A DNA stretch of 64,000 nucleotides from Phaeosaccion multiseriatum (GCA_965112735.1 OZ218953.1:4836001-4900000), one strand, 5' to 3'; shown: positions 34,634 to 48,559, numbered from the stretch's first letter. Numbers and translations: made by a program. The notes: a model not told the origin generated them from the letters alone.

Positions 34634-37600
34634 TTAAGGAAAATTTGCGGCCCTTAAATGGTGATGATCTGTCTGCTTCTCCTTGCCCGTTTCGAGAAAT
34701 TGTATAGTGTAGTAAGGGGGGTCATCATCCAAGTGGACGCCCACGACCACCACGGGCATCACCCCGCCCGACCCCACATACTCAACAACGTCGCCCTTCT
34801 CATACCGCGGAGCTTCAGGCGCAGGAGCAAGAGTAGCAGCTCCATCAGCAGCAGCAGCAGTAGCAGCAGAGGCCGAGTCAAGATACTCTGCCTCAACGTC
34901 CAATGCCTCTCCTCCTCCTCCTCCACCTCCTCCTCCTCCTCCTCCTCCCCCTTCTGCTTCTTGCTCCTCCATCCCCTCCGTGGCGTGCTCCAAGGGTGAG
35001 AGCGACACGCCCTCGGGCTCCTCGGACTCTTCCTCCCAACCAGCACTAGCACCCCCTGGCGCCTGCGATATGAAGGCAAAGCCAGACGCAGCGGCAGCAT
35101 CTTCCACCGCATGTCCATCTTCCTCATGTAGTACAAACTCGGCGTCACCTTCGTTCTCTTCCTGTTCCGTGGCCCCATCTTGCACATGTCTCTCCTGCGA
35201 TGCCTCGCTGCCGTCTACTCTCTCTTCCCCCCCCTCTGTGTCGCCCCGCGACCCCGTCTCCCCTCCCCACTCGTTACCGTCACGCGGCATGCCGGATCCC
35301 GCCTCCTCTTCTTCCTCCACACCTCGGCTCTTCCCTACCGTCTCTTCCACATGTTCTGGATCGTACGCTGGGAAGCCCTCGGAACCTCCACGAACGACGC
35401 TGTCTTCAGGCTGGTTGCGGTGTCCTCCAGCGAGCACCTCTAAGGCACCTCCATCGTCAGCTCCTCCCTCCTCGTCCTGCTCGTTGTGCTCGACTAAGGA
35501 AGAGCCTTGTTCTTGTTCTTGTTCTTGCTCTTCTTTGGGCTCAATCTCATTCTCGACTTGGGATATCTCTACCCGTGCCTCAACATCCTCTTGTCCCCCA
35601 CGAGCCCCCCCACTACTTGCGTCGAGGTCGGGGTCAGGGCCAGGCTCTGCTGCTCTCTCTTCCCCTGCCACGCCGGCATTCCCCATTTCTGCCTCAGGCC
35701 CGGAGGACAGTCTTTGCCCTTCGTCGCGCGCTCCTTCAGGAGACGTATCCACAGCGGTTGCGCTTACAGTATCAACAGCGCTAACATTTTCCTCATCTCC
35801 CCGTACATCTGCGTCGTCGCCATCGTTCACAGTATCGCCATCGTCCTCGTCACCACCTTCGTTGCGCCCCCCAAGCACCCCCGCTGCCTCTGCTGCTGCT
35901 GAGTCGCTGCCATTGCTCTCTTCATCCTGCTCCTCCAGCGTGTCTGGAGTGTCTTCCTTGCACTCATCCTCCTCCTCGCCTAACAAGAGATGAAGCGTTG
36001 CAAGCTCTTCCTTGATGCGCTCCATCGACACATCGAGTCTGTCTGCCTCATCGAATTCGTCTTTACTAATGGCCACTTGCAGCAAAGTCTCCGCCTGCTC
36101 CACCTCCGCTTCTAACTCTGCTATCCGCTCCTTTAATTGGTCCTTCGCGCCCGGGCCTACGGTGCTGATACCTCCTTCCTTCTCACCCACTCCCTCCTCA
36201 TTTCCGCCTGGTGGGTCTTCACTCACACTTTCCACCGCTACTGCTGCTGCTGCTGCTGCCGACGGGGCTTCTTCGGCCTCCTCCGGACTTGCGCTTCTGC
36301 TGCTCTTCCCATCAGAGTCCCCCTTGCCCTGCTCTTCTGCCCCGTCCTCTTCTCCGGGTAGCTCCTCCACCTCCTTGTCCCCCTCCCCCGCATCGTCGTC
36401 TTCGATCCCGTCCAGATGGAATTCGTCGCCTTGCAACTCATGCTTGGCCACCAACTCAGCAGCCTGCGCCTCTACTTCCTCCAGCTCCGCTTGAAGCATA
36501 CCCTCCATGCCGTTGAGAAGCTCTCGTAGCCCCTCCACACCGTATCCCTCTGGACTCTCCCCAGATATTGCACTGCCCAAGTCTCCCCCTCTCCCTGCTG
36601 CCTTTGAGTCCCGTATTCTTCTCTGCACCCTCCTCAGCAAAATGATTCTCTTCTTGACCAACTCAAAGCTTCTCGCAGCGCCTTCCCTCTGCACAATTCT
36701 CAAAGCGCGAGTAGCCTCCTCCCACTCACGCTTCCTCTCCCCCACCGACTGCACCGCCCCTCCTCTCACACCCCCATCACCCCCATCACCGCCCTCACCA
36801 AGCTGCCGCTCAATATCTTCGAGCTCGCTCTTCGCCTCTTCGTGTCGCCGAGTCATCTCTTTGGCCTCTGCAGCAATTGCCCCAGCCTCTTTGTACTTTC
36901 TGGCCACCGCCGCTGCTTGCTTGGCCTCTACTAGTCTGGGTAGAGCAGCGCAGCGAAGACTTTGCTCTTCGCTGAGGGCCTCCCTCCTACTCTTCAGCGC
37001 GTCGATTCTGGCCACTTCGGACAGGTAAGCTCCCTCGGCAGCGCTTGCGGCAGCCTACTCAAGTGAGAGAGCCAGGCACACAATAAAGCAGGGGGACGCA
37101 ACGCATGGCATCACTTTAGACGACACGGAAGAAGACCAGGACAAATGGGCGCAGGTATGCTAAGCAAGCGCAGCTACATATCGGGGGGCAAGAGTCAGCA
37201 TCGCTTGGCGTACGTACCTCCAACGCCCTCTCCTCGGGCAAGGCTGATGATGCACAGGCTCCTTCCGCCTCCCCCCGCCCCCCCCAGTGCTTGGCAAAGA
37301 GCCTCTCTAGCTCGGACATGACGAGGAGGTCCTTCTTCATAACCGCGGACATACGTATCACCTCCTGCAGAGACGCAGGTACATTGTATATAGGAAGGGA
37401 AGCAACTTGAGGGTGAGTGGGCGTATGCAAGACCGGTAAATTCTGCTTTCTTCCCGAGTTGGCGTGTGCGTGCCCTCTGCCCCTGCCCCCCTCCCCCATA
37501 AGGATTTGTCTCTCTGCTAAGCAGCTGAAGCTTCTCTCTCTATCTGCCAAGCCTGGCGCCACTCTTTCCCTTCATCCATCCTCTCCTCTCATACCTGTTG

Positions 37601-40600
37601 CTCTCGCAAGACGGTCTCCATCTTCAGCTTCCGCCCGTCCTTCTCTTGCTTCACCGCCTCCACCTCCTTCGCACAGTCCTCACTGCTGACAGCGATCATG
37701 CGCGCCCTCTCGCGCAATCTCACCACTATTCTGTCGAATTTGAGCCTGACTTTGGAGATTTTTGCTTCCGTGTCGTGCAGCTTCCCCTCCACTGCTGCCA
37801 GTTTCTCTTCCTGTGAATCGATTCATACAACATAAAAGAGCGTGCGTGATGGTACAAACAATAAAGGTCAAACAATAAGGGATCAGAGAGAGGCCGTACA
37901 GGAGAGGAGGCGTTTTGAATCGGAAGGTCGGAGGGTCGGAAAGTATCATGTCCTCTTGTCGTACCTTGGCCTTCAACTCATTTCTCAAGAGCTGAATCTC
38001 TCCCTCAATCTCCATCTTGACGAGACTCAAGTCCCCCCTGACCGCCTCGTCCTCCTCCGTTTGTGTGCGTATGACCCCTTCTGTCTGCTCCATCTCCTCC
38101 TGCACACGTGCCTCGTCCTCCCCAATGTGCTTACTCTCCATGTCGAGCCGCTCCTACACGGCGGTACCCAAAGTGTGTGCGGGGTGGTAGGCGCACAGCG
38201 AAAGGAAGCACGGCAAGGCGGACGTTAACTCGAGGATCATCATCGGCAGCATGACCAGCATTGATCAACATGGTCAGAAAACAGTTGGCCGTGTACGACT
38301 GTACCTCCGAGCGAACGCATAAAGACAGGGCGGTCAGAGGCGAGCGGAAGCAATCACCCTTCTTGCAACATCATTCAAGCAACACGCATTCTCTCCCCTC
38401 TGTGGAGCCAACCGCCTCTTTCATTCCTGCCGTGCTCGTCAGCGCTCCTTCTTACCTCCTCCACTGCCATCTTCTTGCTCCAAGCCTCGAACGTCTCTGC
38501 CATCTGCTGCACTTTCTCGCCCAACCTCTTATCCTGCCTGCTACGTAAGTCTCCAATCTCTTGCACCGCCTCTCGGAGGCAAGAGAGTAGGGAGAGGCGC
38601 GTTCCCTGCCGCTGCTTGCTCAAACCCGCTTCCTCGGCTTCATGGGACCGCAAGAGCCTCTGTGAGAGCAAGGAAGAAGAGGAAAAAGAAGAGCAGCACC
38701 CATGAATAAGGTAGGAAGAAAGGCCATGTGTAAAGCCACACCCCAGAGTAACACAGGGGGGCAGTCTTTCGTGTGTGTGCGCTTGCTTCCCCCCTGCTAC
38801 AGTTCTACCACCGAGAGCTGACCTGTCTCGCAGCCCCTTTGTCGCGTATCGTCTCGAGCACGGTATTTACGGCGTCAGCTTCCTCGTACGCCTCTGCCTC
38901 CGCCAAGCGCTGCTGCTTCTCCTCCAGCTCCGCCACTTCCCGGGCATCGCTTTGTACTGCCTCCCTCTGTTCCCCCCCACCACACAGTGAGAAATCACAA
39001 CACAAGACAACAACAACAACAACAGTGAGTACATAACATGTCTCAGTTTTACACCCAGGAGTAGACTCAATGACCGAGGAGCGAGCGGAACTACTAAGCA
39101 ACAAGAGAATATAAGAACGCATCCTCCTTGCCCTGTACCCTCCACTTCCTCACCTCTTGCGCCCGCCTCTGCCCGAGCGCCGCCTGTGCCTCGGTGACTT
39201 GTCTGAGCTCTCCCCTCAGCCTCTGTGCCTCAGTCTTGTACCCCCCCAAGAGGCTCTCCAGCTCCCCCCGAATCTCCTGCACCAGAACCAAGTCAGCAGA
39301 GGACACCTGCGGCAGGCATCAGGCATTCAGTCGGAGACAGTTGAGTCACATGGGCTGGTTAGACGGCTAGTAGGAGACAATATGTGCAGGCACCGGAGAC
39401 AAACATGGTTGTGCATCAGAACAGACGTTGGAGGCGGGCGAGCGCCGAAAGGTGGAACACTAGACACGTCACGCCCCAAGACATAGAACCCTACACGAGT
39501 CAGGACAAGGTGGAGACTGGGCAAGATCTCAAGTCGTCGACTGCTATGCGTATAACGAGAGGGCCTGGATTTCCTGTTGAGCGCGTCTGTACTGACCTTC
39601 CTAGTCCTCGTTGTTGCCGCAATAGGCTCGACCGTGTCCACCTGGTCGTCGCCAGCAGGGGCATAGACGCTGACTTCATTCGACAGAGGAGAAGCTTCGG
39701 TCTTCGCTTTCCCACTCACCTCCTCCTTGCTTCTTGAGCTGGTGATACATATACAACAAACAGGGCAAATCTTGTTGGGAATTGATTCGTGGAAGAAGCC
39801 CTGTGGAGGGGGTGAAAGGAAACACCAAACAACAAACAATAGCGCAGCCCCCCTCCCATTCACAGACAGACTTACACCGTTCTTACCTTTGATTCTCGCT
39901 CGCCCTGCTCACCACCGACGGGGTGGAGGGGGGGGTGCTACCGTTGGAGAGATCACTCCCCGCAGGCAGTGGGTGCTGCTCCTCTTCCTCTCCCTTCTTG
40001 GAGGGCTTGCCCAGAATGCTCCTCATTGTGTGCATGAGAGAGCCAGATCCAGCCCCCCCGCCACTCCCGTGGCCGTTACTCATCCCATTCCCACTAGGAG
40101 TACTACTACCACTGCTGCTGTCCGCCGCCCCCCCCATTACTCCCGAGGATCCCCTACTAAAGCGTCCCCGAGCCCCCCCCGGGCTGCAGATCATACTCTC
40201 CGCCAGAGCGGCCATGGCCTTTGCTTCCGCTACTTCAGGATCTTCCGTCTTTTCCGGATGGGCCTGCGCAGCTTCGCCCCCCTCTGGTGCTGCTGTTGCC
40301 GACGCTGCTCTACCGCCATTCCCTCCATCGTCATCTGTCATTTCCGGTGCCCTTTCTACTGTCCCGTTTCCTTCAGCGATGCCGTCCTCCCCACTGCCCC
40401 CCCTTCCTGCCCCTGACTCAGCAGTTGGACTGGGAATCCGCAAGCCCGGGCCTGCTCCTGATGATGATCTGGACATTGAACTTACTTGCCCAGTCCCCTT
40501 GTCTACTGTTGCCTGCAGGGCATCATCACGGGCGTAGCCCACCTGCGTCCGCGAGTCGATTTGGATTCGCGCTTTAGGTGAGAAAGACGAGCAATGCATT

Positions 40601-41007
40601 TCTGTCGCCATGGCATGTAATCACGCATGTATTCATCTCCTCATGAAACCCCAACGGCATGCAATCCCCCACCATCATCCCCTTCTCCCGTGATTGGCAA
40701 CGAAAACAAGCGACGAACCTTCTTCGCCATCCTTTTCTTCTTCACGCCCGCGCTACTGGCCGTCCGGACCACCTTCGGAAAGGTGTGGCCATCAAGAGCA
40801 GCAGCAACGGGATCCGCCACGGCTGACGGGGGGGCATGATTATGACTACCTGGACGCCCTACCGCGCTGCTTGCTTCGTCGCCCTCTCCTCGTGCGGCCG
40901 AGGGGAAGTTTTCGGAGACAAAGGAGAAGCTGGAGCGGTGCTGCAGCGGCGATTCTCCAGGTGGTGGCTGGTGCTGCTCCTGCTGCTGGTGCTGCTGCTG
41001 CTGCTGG

Positions 41008-41039
<32 letters not shown>

Positions 41040-41673
41040 ATCAGTGTCCGGGGCGCTGCCTCCCCCCCCTCCCTCAACAGTGGCCATAAAGCTGAAGGCT
41101 GACATGACTCCTCCAGCGCTTTCCTCGGAGATGGGAGGAGCTGCAGGAGGAGGAGGACCCTTGATGTCCAAGTCCCCGAATAGGCTCTCCTCTGAGAGAG
41201 CGTGGGGGATAAAAGGGGGGGGAAGCAGCAGCATATCGACGTAGGTGAGCCCGTCTTCTCACAAGCTTTATACCAGGTGATTGGAGAGTTTCTTTCTTAA
41301 AGAAAAAAAAAAGCAAGCGGGAACCCTCTTTGAGTCCCCGTCTCTTTTATTACCCTGCCTCACCTGGAGCCACCTGGTGCCGATCCAGGTTGAAGAAGCC
41401 TCCCTGGTGCTGCTGCAGCCCCTTCGCATCCCCCGCCCCCCCCTCCTCCTGCGAGTCAGCAGCAACCGATCTCTCGGATGCGGACGCTGGCGTCGTCCCT
41501 GGCGCTCCTCCCTGCGCGGTGCCCCTCGCACCTCCGCCGGTAGACCTTGGACCGCCAGTAGCCTCGGTGGAGTCGGCAGACGCACTCGAGGCGGCACCAG
41601 CAGCAGCGGCCGGCGCAGCTGCTGCCCCTTTTGGTGCGGCCTGCGCCGGCGAAGCCCTGAAAAAATTCAGCAT
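34634..41673 (-). CDS. Large acidic coiled-coil protein with UVR-like motifs and a C-terminal SH3/Tudor-like module, multi-exon
   Basis: UVR-like helices LAEAEAYEEADAV, AAAVARKYKEAGAI, AISKDEFDEADRL; C-terminus YEKGDVVEY...VVVGVHLDDDPPYYTI...GKEKQT; about 10 GT-AG exons. Confidence 0.7.
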
Positions 41674-43678
41674 CCCTTCTGGTACGGGCGCTTGTTAATC
41701 ATCCCATCGAGTGCCATCTTGAGGCGCTTCCCAAAAAAAAAAACCTTCCCGAGGGGCGAGGCAAATTGCCACATCAACCTTTCTCGACTTCTCGCCCTCC
41801 TTTCGCTCTCTTCTCCTCTCTCTGCTTCTCACATATAGTTAACGAATCAACAGGTGTATCTCGCTTAGGGCTGGCAGACTTGAGAAGGCGCAGTAGCTTC
41901 TCTTGTGGTGAGAGTGGGACGCATCTCTTGTAGGCAGGGCCGAGAAAAAAAGAAAAGGCGCAAGTTCAAGACCAAGGAAGACTACAGGAAGACGGACACC
42001 TGATGGAAGCTCCTCTCTCGCCCACCCACGTCTTCACGCGCAGCGAGCGGCAGGGCGTGGAGATGGTGCGCATGCATGATGTGGTGAGTTTGCTCCTTTT
42101 TGGGGGTATGGACACTTGGTAAAATGGCTCTCAGCCGCCTCAGTAGTGGCGCCGCCCAGGTACAAAGGGAAGGGAGCCGCCTCGTTGTGGTGAAGATTCG
42201 TATGGGTGGCTGCTTGACACCTGTGGTGTTGGTGGTCGTTGTGGTGGTTGTGTCCTTGTACATGTACAATGCTTTCTTTCGTATCTTATTTATTTTCGCC
42301 GTCTGTTACTCGGGAGGCATGGAAGCCACCTCGTCTAGTCGTGGGATTGACTGCATCTGAAAGTGGTGCTGTGGTGGTGGTGGTGGTGACGGTGTTATCT
42401 TCGTGGTATCCTCTATATCTTACGCTGCCCAATTTATTGCCCGGTCTCTTCCTCACCCTCCTCGCCTTCTCTAAGGCCTGCAACGACCTAGCCAAGCACT
42501 CCATTCGCTGTCTGGAAGGTGAGCATCATCCAGTGCCGTTGAGCGAAGGATTTCTCTCCTTCTATGGTTGTGTGTTCTTCGCCTGCCTCTAACTTGTGTC
42601 TTATCTTTCTTTTGTTTGGCGCACACAGCCTTCACTGGGAATAACAAGGAGTGCCAGACGCTGTTCGAGTCGTTCCAGCAGTGCCGCGCCACAAACGTGC
42701 GAGCTGGACACTGAGCAAGTGGAGAGCTGCAGTGGCAGCCGTGTTCCCCAGACGGAGGAGCTTGGATTATTCATTTGGGTGAGCATGTGCGGGGCGGTTC
42801 CTGCGCCCATGTGTTAGCCGTGTAGATATCGTAGATAAAACCAGGAGATAAGGCTGGAGGAGGCTCCAGCTCTAGTGCAGTGCGATTTAAGTAAAAAGGG
42901 AGTAGCCGGAGGACAAGGTCTGTAAGGAGGCGTTTCGCGGCCCCATCATTTAGAATTATATCGTGTGGCGGAAGGCACCGCTCAGCACACGAGGATTTTA
43001 GTCCTCGTTATAGAAGGGGAAGAGAGAGTTGAATACATCACTATAGGGAGAAGGAGGAGAGTTAGGTTCAAGAGAAATACTTGCAACGAACAGGCGTAAT
43101 CGTAAATACATATATGTTAGGTGTGGATTTCTTTCAGAGCCTTTTGATCTCATCTGTGGACCTCCCCGCAGAGCACAGCGCTAGATGCCTCTTCGCCTCG
43201 CAACCCAGTTCTCACTTCAGTCCTACGTGGGGCGGATAGTTTTTCGACAACCGAGACCGACGCCCGTCCTTGGCAAGCAAGACTGCTCCACAGCACTCAC
43301 GCATCTTGAGTGACTCAGGAACTGAATGGAAAGGGGGTGGCTCATTGAGGCGGCGACAATCACAGCCGATCCTCCCTCGAAAGGCTCAAAGGGCGCTCAT
43401 CGCACAAACCGCGGTGACTGCTTGTCGTTGAAGGCCACGCTCGCCACTTTCATGCGAGCGGGCGAATGCCACAATGCCGGCCGCAGGCACTCACTCTGCC
43501 CGGGACCCAATTGGCCTTGGCCGCCCAGTCTCTTTTGCTGGGAAGCAAAGCAAGAGCATGGGATATGAAGGCAAGAGGCGGAGTAGCCAGGAAAGAAGGA
43601 GAGTGCGGGGCAACAACATTAAGCGGAGAAAGCCAGAGAGCAGGAGGGGGCAGCAGACAAGGGGCCCTACCCATACCT

Positions 43679-44182
43679 TCAAGTTGCCTTCATGTAGCAC
43701 GTGTGAAGGGCCGATTGCAGCTTTCTGCACCGGGAGTGCTCCATTCTCCCCTTATCCAGACACTCTACAAAGGAAGAGAACTCGTCTGGGCAATGCGTGT
43801 GGATGGTTTTCAATCTGAGGCACAGGAGGAGAGCGCAAATGGGCGGGGAACGGCAGGGGAACAGAAGGGAGGAAGGGGGACGCATAGAGGCTCAGCTGTA
43901 GCAGCCCAGCGCGTGTACTTTCCAACATGCATCTTCCCCTCCCCCCCCTCCCTCCTCCTCTCTCCACTCTCCTCCAGCTCGTACACCTCCCTTGCCCGCC
44001 TTCTGCCCCACTCACACTGAGCCTGCGCATTTCGTCACGTTGTCGCCCTCTTCCAAGCACTTCTCGGGGTCGTCGGTCTGCAGCTTACAGTCGTAGAACT
44101 TTGCAGTGGGGTCTTTGCAACTCACCCCGATGAGGCGAGCTGCCCCCCACAGCTCCTTGTACGTGCTGTCCTCGGTGGACAT
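43679..44182 (-). CDS. NDUFA8: NADH dehydrogenase complex I subunit NDUFA8-like CX9C protein (exons 44182-44016, 43814-43679)
   Basis: Spliced product MSTEDSTYKELWGAARLIGVSCKDPTAKFYDCKLQTDDPEKCLEEGDNVTKC...HCPDEFSSFVECLDK...CRKLQSALHTC has four CX9C pairs and the DP..CL.EG..VT.C motif. Confidence 0.85.
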
Positions 44183-44433
44183 TTTCCTCTACTGCAAAGC
44201 TCCCGACCTACACCTGCTGCTTGTCTCTATTCCACTACGCAAGAAGACGAATTGTATATGCTTTCTTATACTAAACACTCTCTCCTCCCTCTGCCTCCCC
44301 GTACGTAACCCCTTACGTAATCACTGACTTACTGGACAGTTGAGTTTTCTAGTTTTTTTTCTTTTCTCCCTCCTTCTCCTTCCCAGCCAGCCCCCACCTG
44401 CCCGTCTTCCCGTCTCTACCGCCGGGTATTATC

Positions 44434-46165
44434 ATGGCGAGGAACCACCCGTCTCGCTATGAAAAGAAGCCCGGAGAGATGGACGAGATCGAGGCTCTCT
44501 CCTCTGCTCTGTCTGATGACCTTCGGGCGCGTGTGAGAGCCATGGGAGCATACGCGCCTCTGACGCCGCAGTGGTGCGAAATGGTCGAAGTGCTGGCACA
44601 GCTTGGAGCTGTCTCAAGTATGGAGGCGCAACTACCCAAAGCGGAGGCGAAGGAGACGCTGTGGGAAGGAGAGGAGCTTGCCCTGCGATACGTAATGGAG
44701 GATGGAAAGCTCAATGTGTGCTTAAGAAACCTCGTGGATTTCAAGAAGTACCAGCGGGAAATCAGGACGGGGGATAAGCCTTCTCTAGAGGTAAGGCTTG
44801 AGTACTCAACAGAGCATAGCAGAGGAATGGTACCCACGCTCTTTTGGTGCATGGGTTAGGCATGGACTTGAACAGGGTTGTTTCGGCTGGTGGACGAAGA
44901 AGAGAGGTTTTGAACGAATGTATGCATGTCGCATCAGCATCTCAGCTTTACCGCCATACGCCTCCCTATATAATGTCGCTTTCGATTGATTGAATTGCTT
45001 TGTCAGCCCGAGTCGGAGGCGAAGATGCAAAAGTTCGAGCGCGGCATGGGAAAAATGCTGCGCAACGCATGGCACCATATCGAGGTCCTGCAAACCACCG
45101 ACATGCCGCTGCTCATCAACTACTTCTCGGGCACGCTTGGATACGCTGCCGACGCGCCTCTACAGATGGAGTCGTGGGTCTCTGCGGTGCCAGAGCCGCT
45201 GGACCTCCAGGAGGTGTCCTGCATACACTACTTCAAGGTGGGGTGGTGTGTGTGTGCCTTTGCGCACAGGCTTCAAAGGGGCCAGGGATGGGGGCAGGGG
45301 TAGAGGAAGGGGACTTCATATGCTGCCCATCCCGGTCCAGGGGTGGTATATCTCGTGGGGGGGCGGAGGCACCCATCAGCTAGCTCCAGAGCTGCACCTG
45401 TCTCCTCGGCCCTGTGGCCGGCATACTCTGGTGCTTCATTATGCTCTCCACCAAACCGAGCCTCAACTTCGTTCCTGATTCCATACATTGGTGCTCCGCT
45501 TTTGTACCGATGTTATTCAGGGCGTGCTGGAGAACCTGGAGGAAATGGACGAGGAGCGCATTATGAGCCTCGTCCGCGCAGACGGTGCAATGATGGCTCT
45601 GGCGAGAATGCTGCTGAGCTGTTCCTCCTACTTGCCGCCCCAGCTCTTGCAGGAAGGGGCCGAAACGCTGAGTCTACTTTGCGCAACAGAGGACTTCAAG
45701 ACGTACCAGGAAGAGGTGAGCGTTGAAAGGGCCCCACGGGTCGCTTGTGTAGTTTCTACAGCGGCGCGGAAGGAAGGAAAAGCAAAACAGCCTGGGAGGC
45801 GCTTGTTTGGAGGGGCAGGAGGGCGTGTTCTAGCGAACCCTCTCTGTAGTAAACCTTGGACTATTCAAAAGCTCTTATCTGGCTTCAAAAGGCCCCCATT
45901 CTACTCGTCGCCCCCCTCAGCTTCCCCTCCTCCACCCCCTCTCCGTCCTCGTTTCCGGCCGCTCGCCTTCCCCCAACAACCGGCTCCGCAGTACGTGGAC
46001 CCTCATGACGAAGAGGTATTCGTGCAGCTCAAGGAGGGTCCACTCGCAGAAGTAACACGTGACTACGAAGCCAAGAGGAGGATCCGAGACCTGCTCGGGT
46101 TCTGCCTCTCGTGCGAGAGGCGGGCTGAGAAGAGAAGCAGCAGTTCGAAGGGCTCACGAAAATAG
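44434..46165 (+). CDS. Hypothetical alpha-helical protein, 4 exons
   Basis: Consistent GT-AG exons (44434-44790, about 45008-45237, 45521-45715, 45992-46165). No family recognised. Confidence 0.65.
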
Positions 46166-46354
46166 AATCAGAAGAAACGCAGGCAGGCAGGCTGCCGTGA
46201 ACGTAATGCTTTACTTTTCTTAATAGCACAGCATTCCTTCACACTGGCTGGAGGGAGGGTAAGCGATCCTTCGAAGCGCCCATGTGGAACAAGCCTATTC
46301 AAGCACCGGGCTCTCCCCTTCATGCAGAGCGACCCGGCTCACCGATTGTGAGTG

Positions 46355-46882
46355 TCGCCCCCGTGCACGCCTAGCGGTCTAGGCTCTAGGCCGCTAGGCC
46401 GCTCGGCCTTCGGCCGAAATAGGCCTAGGCCGGCGGCCTCCGGCCGCTCTAGGCCGCTCACTTTTCAGCCCTAGGCGGCCTATAGCCCGCCTCTAGGCAG
46501 CCTCCCAGTGACCGTGGGCGCGTGCGTGGTGCCGTCCAGCCAGTGGGTAGCAGCACACCTGTAGGCCTGCACTCCTCGTAGGGCCAGCGAGGCGGAAAGA
46601 GACAACACGGACCAACTAGCTACTCCTCACTTATCCCATGCAATACATTTGCTTAAAGCTGACGACACTTGGGCGGGTTCCGGGCCAGCCAGCCCAAGGG
46701 CATATGAGCATATTCCCGGCCTGGACCTGCGCCTAGTTGGCGTCTGCCGTAGGCCGCGGGCCTCCGGCCCCCGCCTAGGCCGCCGCCTAGGCGGCCTATA
46801 AATAGGCCGAGAGCCTACGGCCCTCGCTAGGCCGGGCAATTTTCCAAAATAGGCCTAGGCCGCTAGGCGTGCACGGGGGCGA
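46355..46882. mobile_element. 528-bp MITE with a 23-bp perfect TIR and 6-bp TSD
   Basis: TIR TCGCCCCCGTGCACGCCTAGCGG (46355-46377 / 46860-46882), TGAGTG directly on both sides, many CTAGGCC/GGCCTAG subterminal repeats. Confidence 0.88.
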
Positions 46883-46966
46883 TGAGTGAGCAGTGCCAAT
46901 TCTGTGATCCTGAAGAACCAACTCTTTCGGATGGCACCCGAAAATGAAAATAGGTGCCATTAAGAC

Positions 46967-48559
46967 ATGGAGGAGCCAGCAGCAGCTGCAAAGATAGTTC
47001 AAATCAGCTATCTCGACTTGGTTGCTGGAAAGGACCTAACTGACTACGTTGAGGAAGCATTTGGGGAGCAGGGCCTGGGGATCTTGGCCGTCGCTGGCGT
47101 CCCCCTCTGCGCGGAGGGGCGAACGAGGTTGCTCAAACTCGCACACGAGTAAGTTAACTCGGTCGATGGGCCGTCTAGCTCCAACCCGCCGGCTTGTTAA
47201 CTTAAGAAGCCTTGTTGTCTCCTTGTGGGCAATTTCCGCCTTCCCGTCGTCCTGCCCACCCCCTTCAGCTTCGCTGTGCTCCCTCCGGAAGTGAAGGAGG
47301 CATATGAGCACTCCGAAAGCTCGTATAGCTTCGGTTGGAGCCACGGAAAAGAACAGGTGAGCGCTGCCGAACTGAGAACGTCTTCCACTCCATTCCCCGG
47401 ACCGACCATGCTGTCTTTCCTTTCCGTCCCATCCAGTTCGAGGGCAGACCTGATGTGGCGAAGGGTAGCTACTACGCCAACCCTCTATTCGACACACCGT
47501 TCGAGGACGAGTTAATCATTCAGCAATTTCCTTCTTTCGCACACCCAAACATTTGGCCGGACCTCCACGTGCACGGCTTTTCAGAGGCATTCAGGAGTAT
47601 GGGACGAAGCCTGGTAAGGAAAGGGCAGCCTTAAGAGCTCGTGTGTTGTGTGGCACTCTCCAACAGCTCACTCCTAGATGATCTGTGCAGGTGGATGTAG
47701 GCTTACTGCTGGCCAAGCAATGTGATGCATATGTCAAGCACCGCAACCCTGCGTACGATATCGACAAGTTGGAGCGTGTTTTGCGATCGTCGCGATGTTG
47801 TAAGGGTCGTCTGCTTTACTACTTTCCCCGCCAGTGTGAGCGGCAGCAGCAGCAGCAGCAGCAGCAGCAAAGCAGTAGCAACAGTGAGAGTAGCAGCCCT
47901 GCTTGGTGCGGCTGGCACAACGACCACGGGAGTCTGACTGGACTGCTTCCAGGCCTGTACATGGACAGCAACGGGAGCATTGTAACGCCTGAGCAAGATG
48001 ACAAAAGTGGGCTCTACATTATGTCCAAGCAGGTGCGCGTGTGTGTCGTTGTTCTTAGTGACGGCATATCGTTGCATCAGTCTTGGCACATCGCCTTGGC
48101 ATCGTCACATTACACTTGTCGCGTCGTACCCCTCGTAACAAACGCAACGCAACCACCACCTTGCATGTGTGATACCTGCAGGGGCAAGGGCCTGTCCGGG
48201 CAGAGGTCCCACCGGGCACGTCGATGCTTTTCCAGATCGGAGAGACTGCTCAGATACACACGGGAGGCATTCTCCAGGCGACACCCCACTGTGTACAAAG
48301 CTGCTCAAAGGAGGGAGTGAGCCGCGCAGCCTTCGCCGTATTCATGGAACCTGAGTGGGGGGAGCCCATGACTTGTCCCTCAGGGTGCCCTGCACCAGTT
48401 CCTGCTGCTGGACATGAATGCCCACCTCCTGCCATCCAATCTGCTCTGGCGGTTGCGAATTTGCCCGCAGGCGTCCCACCCCTGGCCGACCGTTTCACCC
48501 CAGGAATGACCTTCGGCGACTTTACAGACGCCACGCTTAAGTCTTTTCTAGTTACATGA
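46967..48559 (+). CDS. 2-oxoglutarate/Fe(II)-dependent oxygenase (IPNS-like), multi-exon
   Basis: AFGEQGLGILAV, YSFGWSHGKE, KGSYYANP, HxD motif WCGWHNDHGSLTGL, distal His in FQIGETAQIHTGGILQATPHCV, and SR..FAVFMEP. Confidence 0.9.

Noticed and set aside
41950-43330. Short ORFs between the UVR gene and NDUFA8
   Set aside because: No recognisable motifs and no coherent exon chain.
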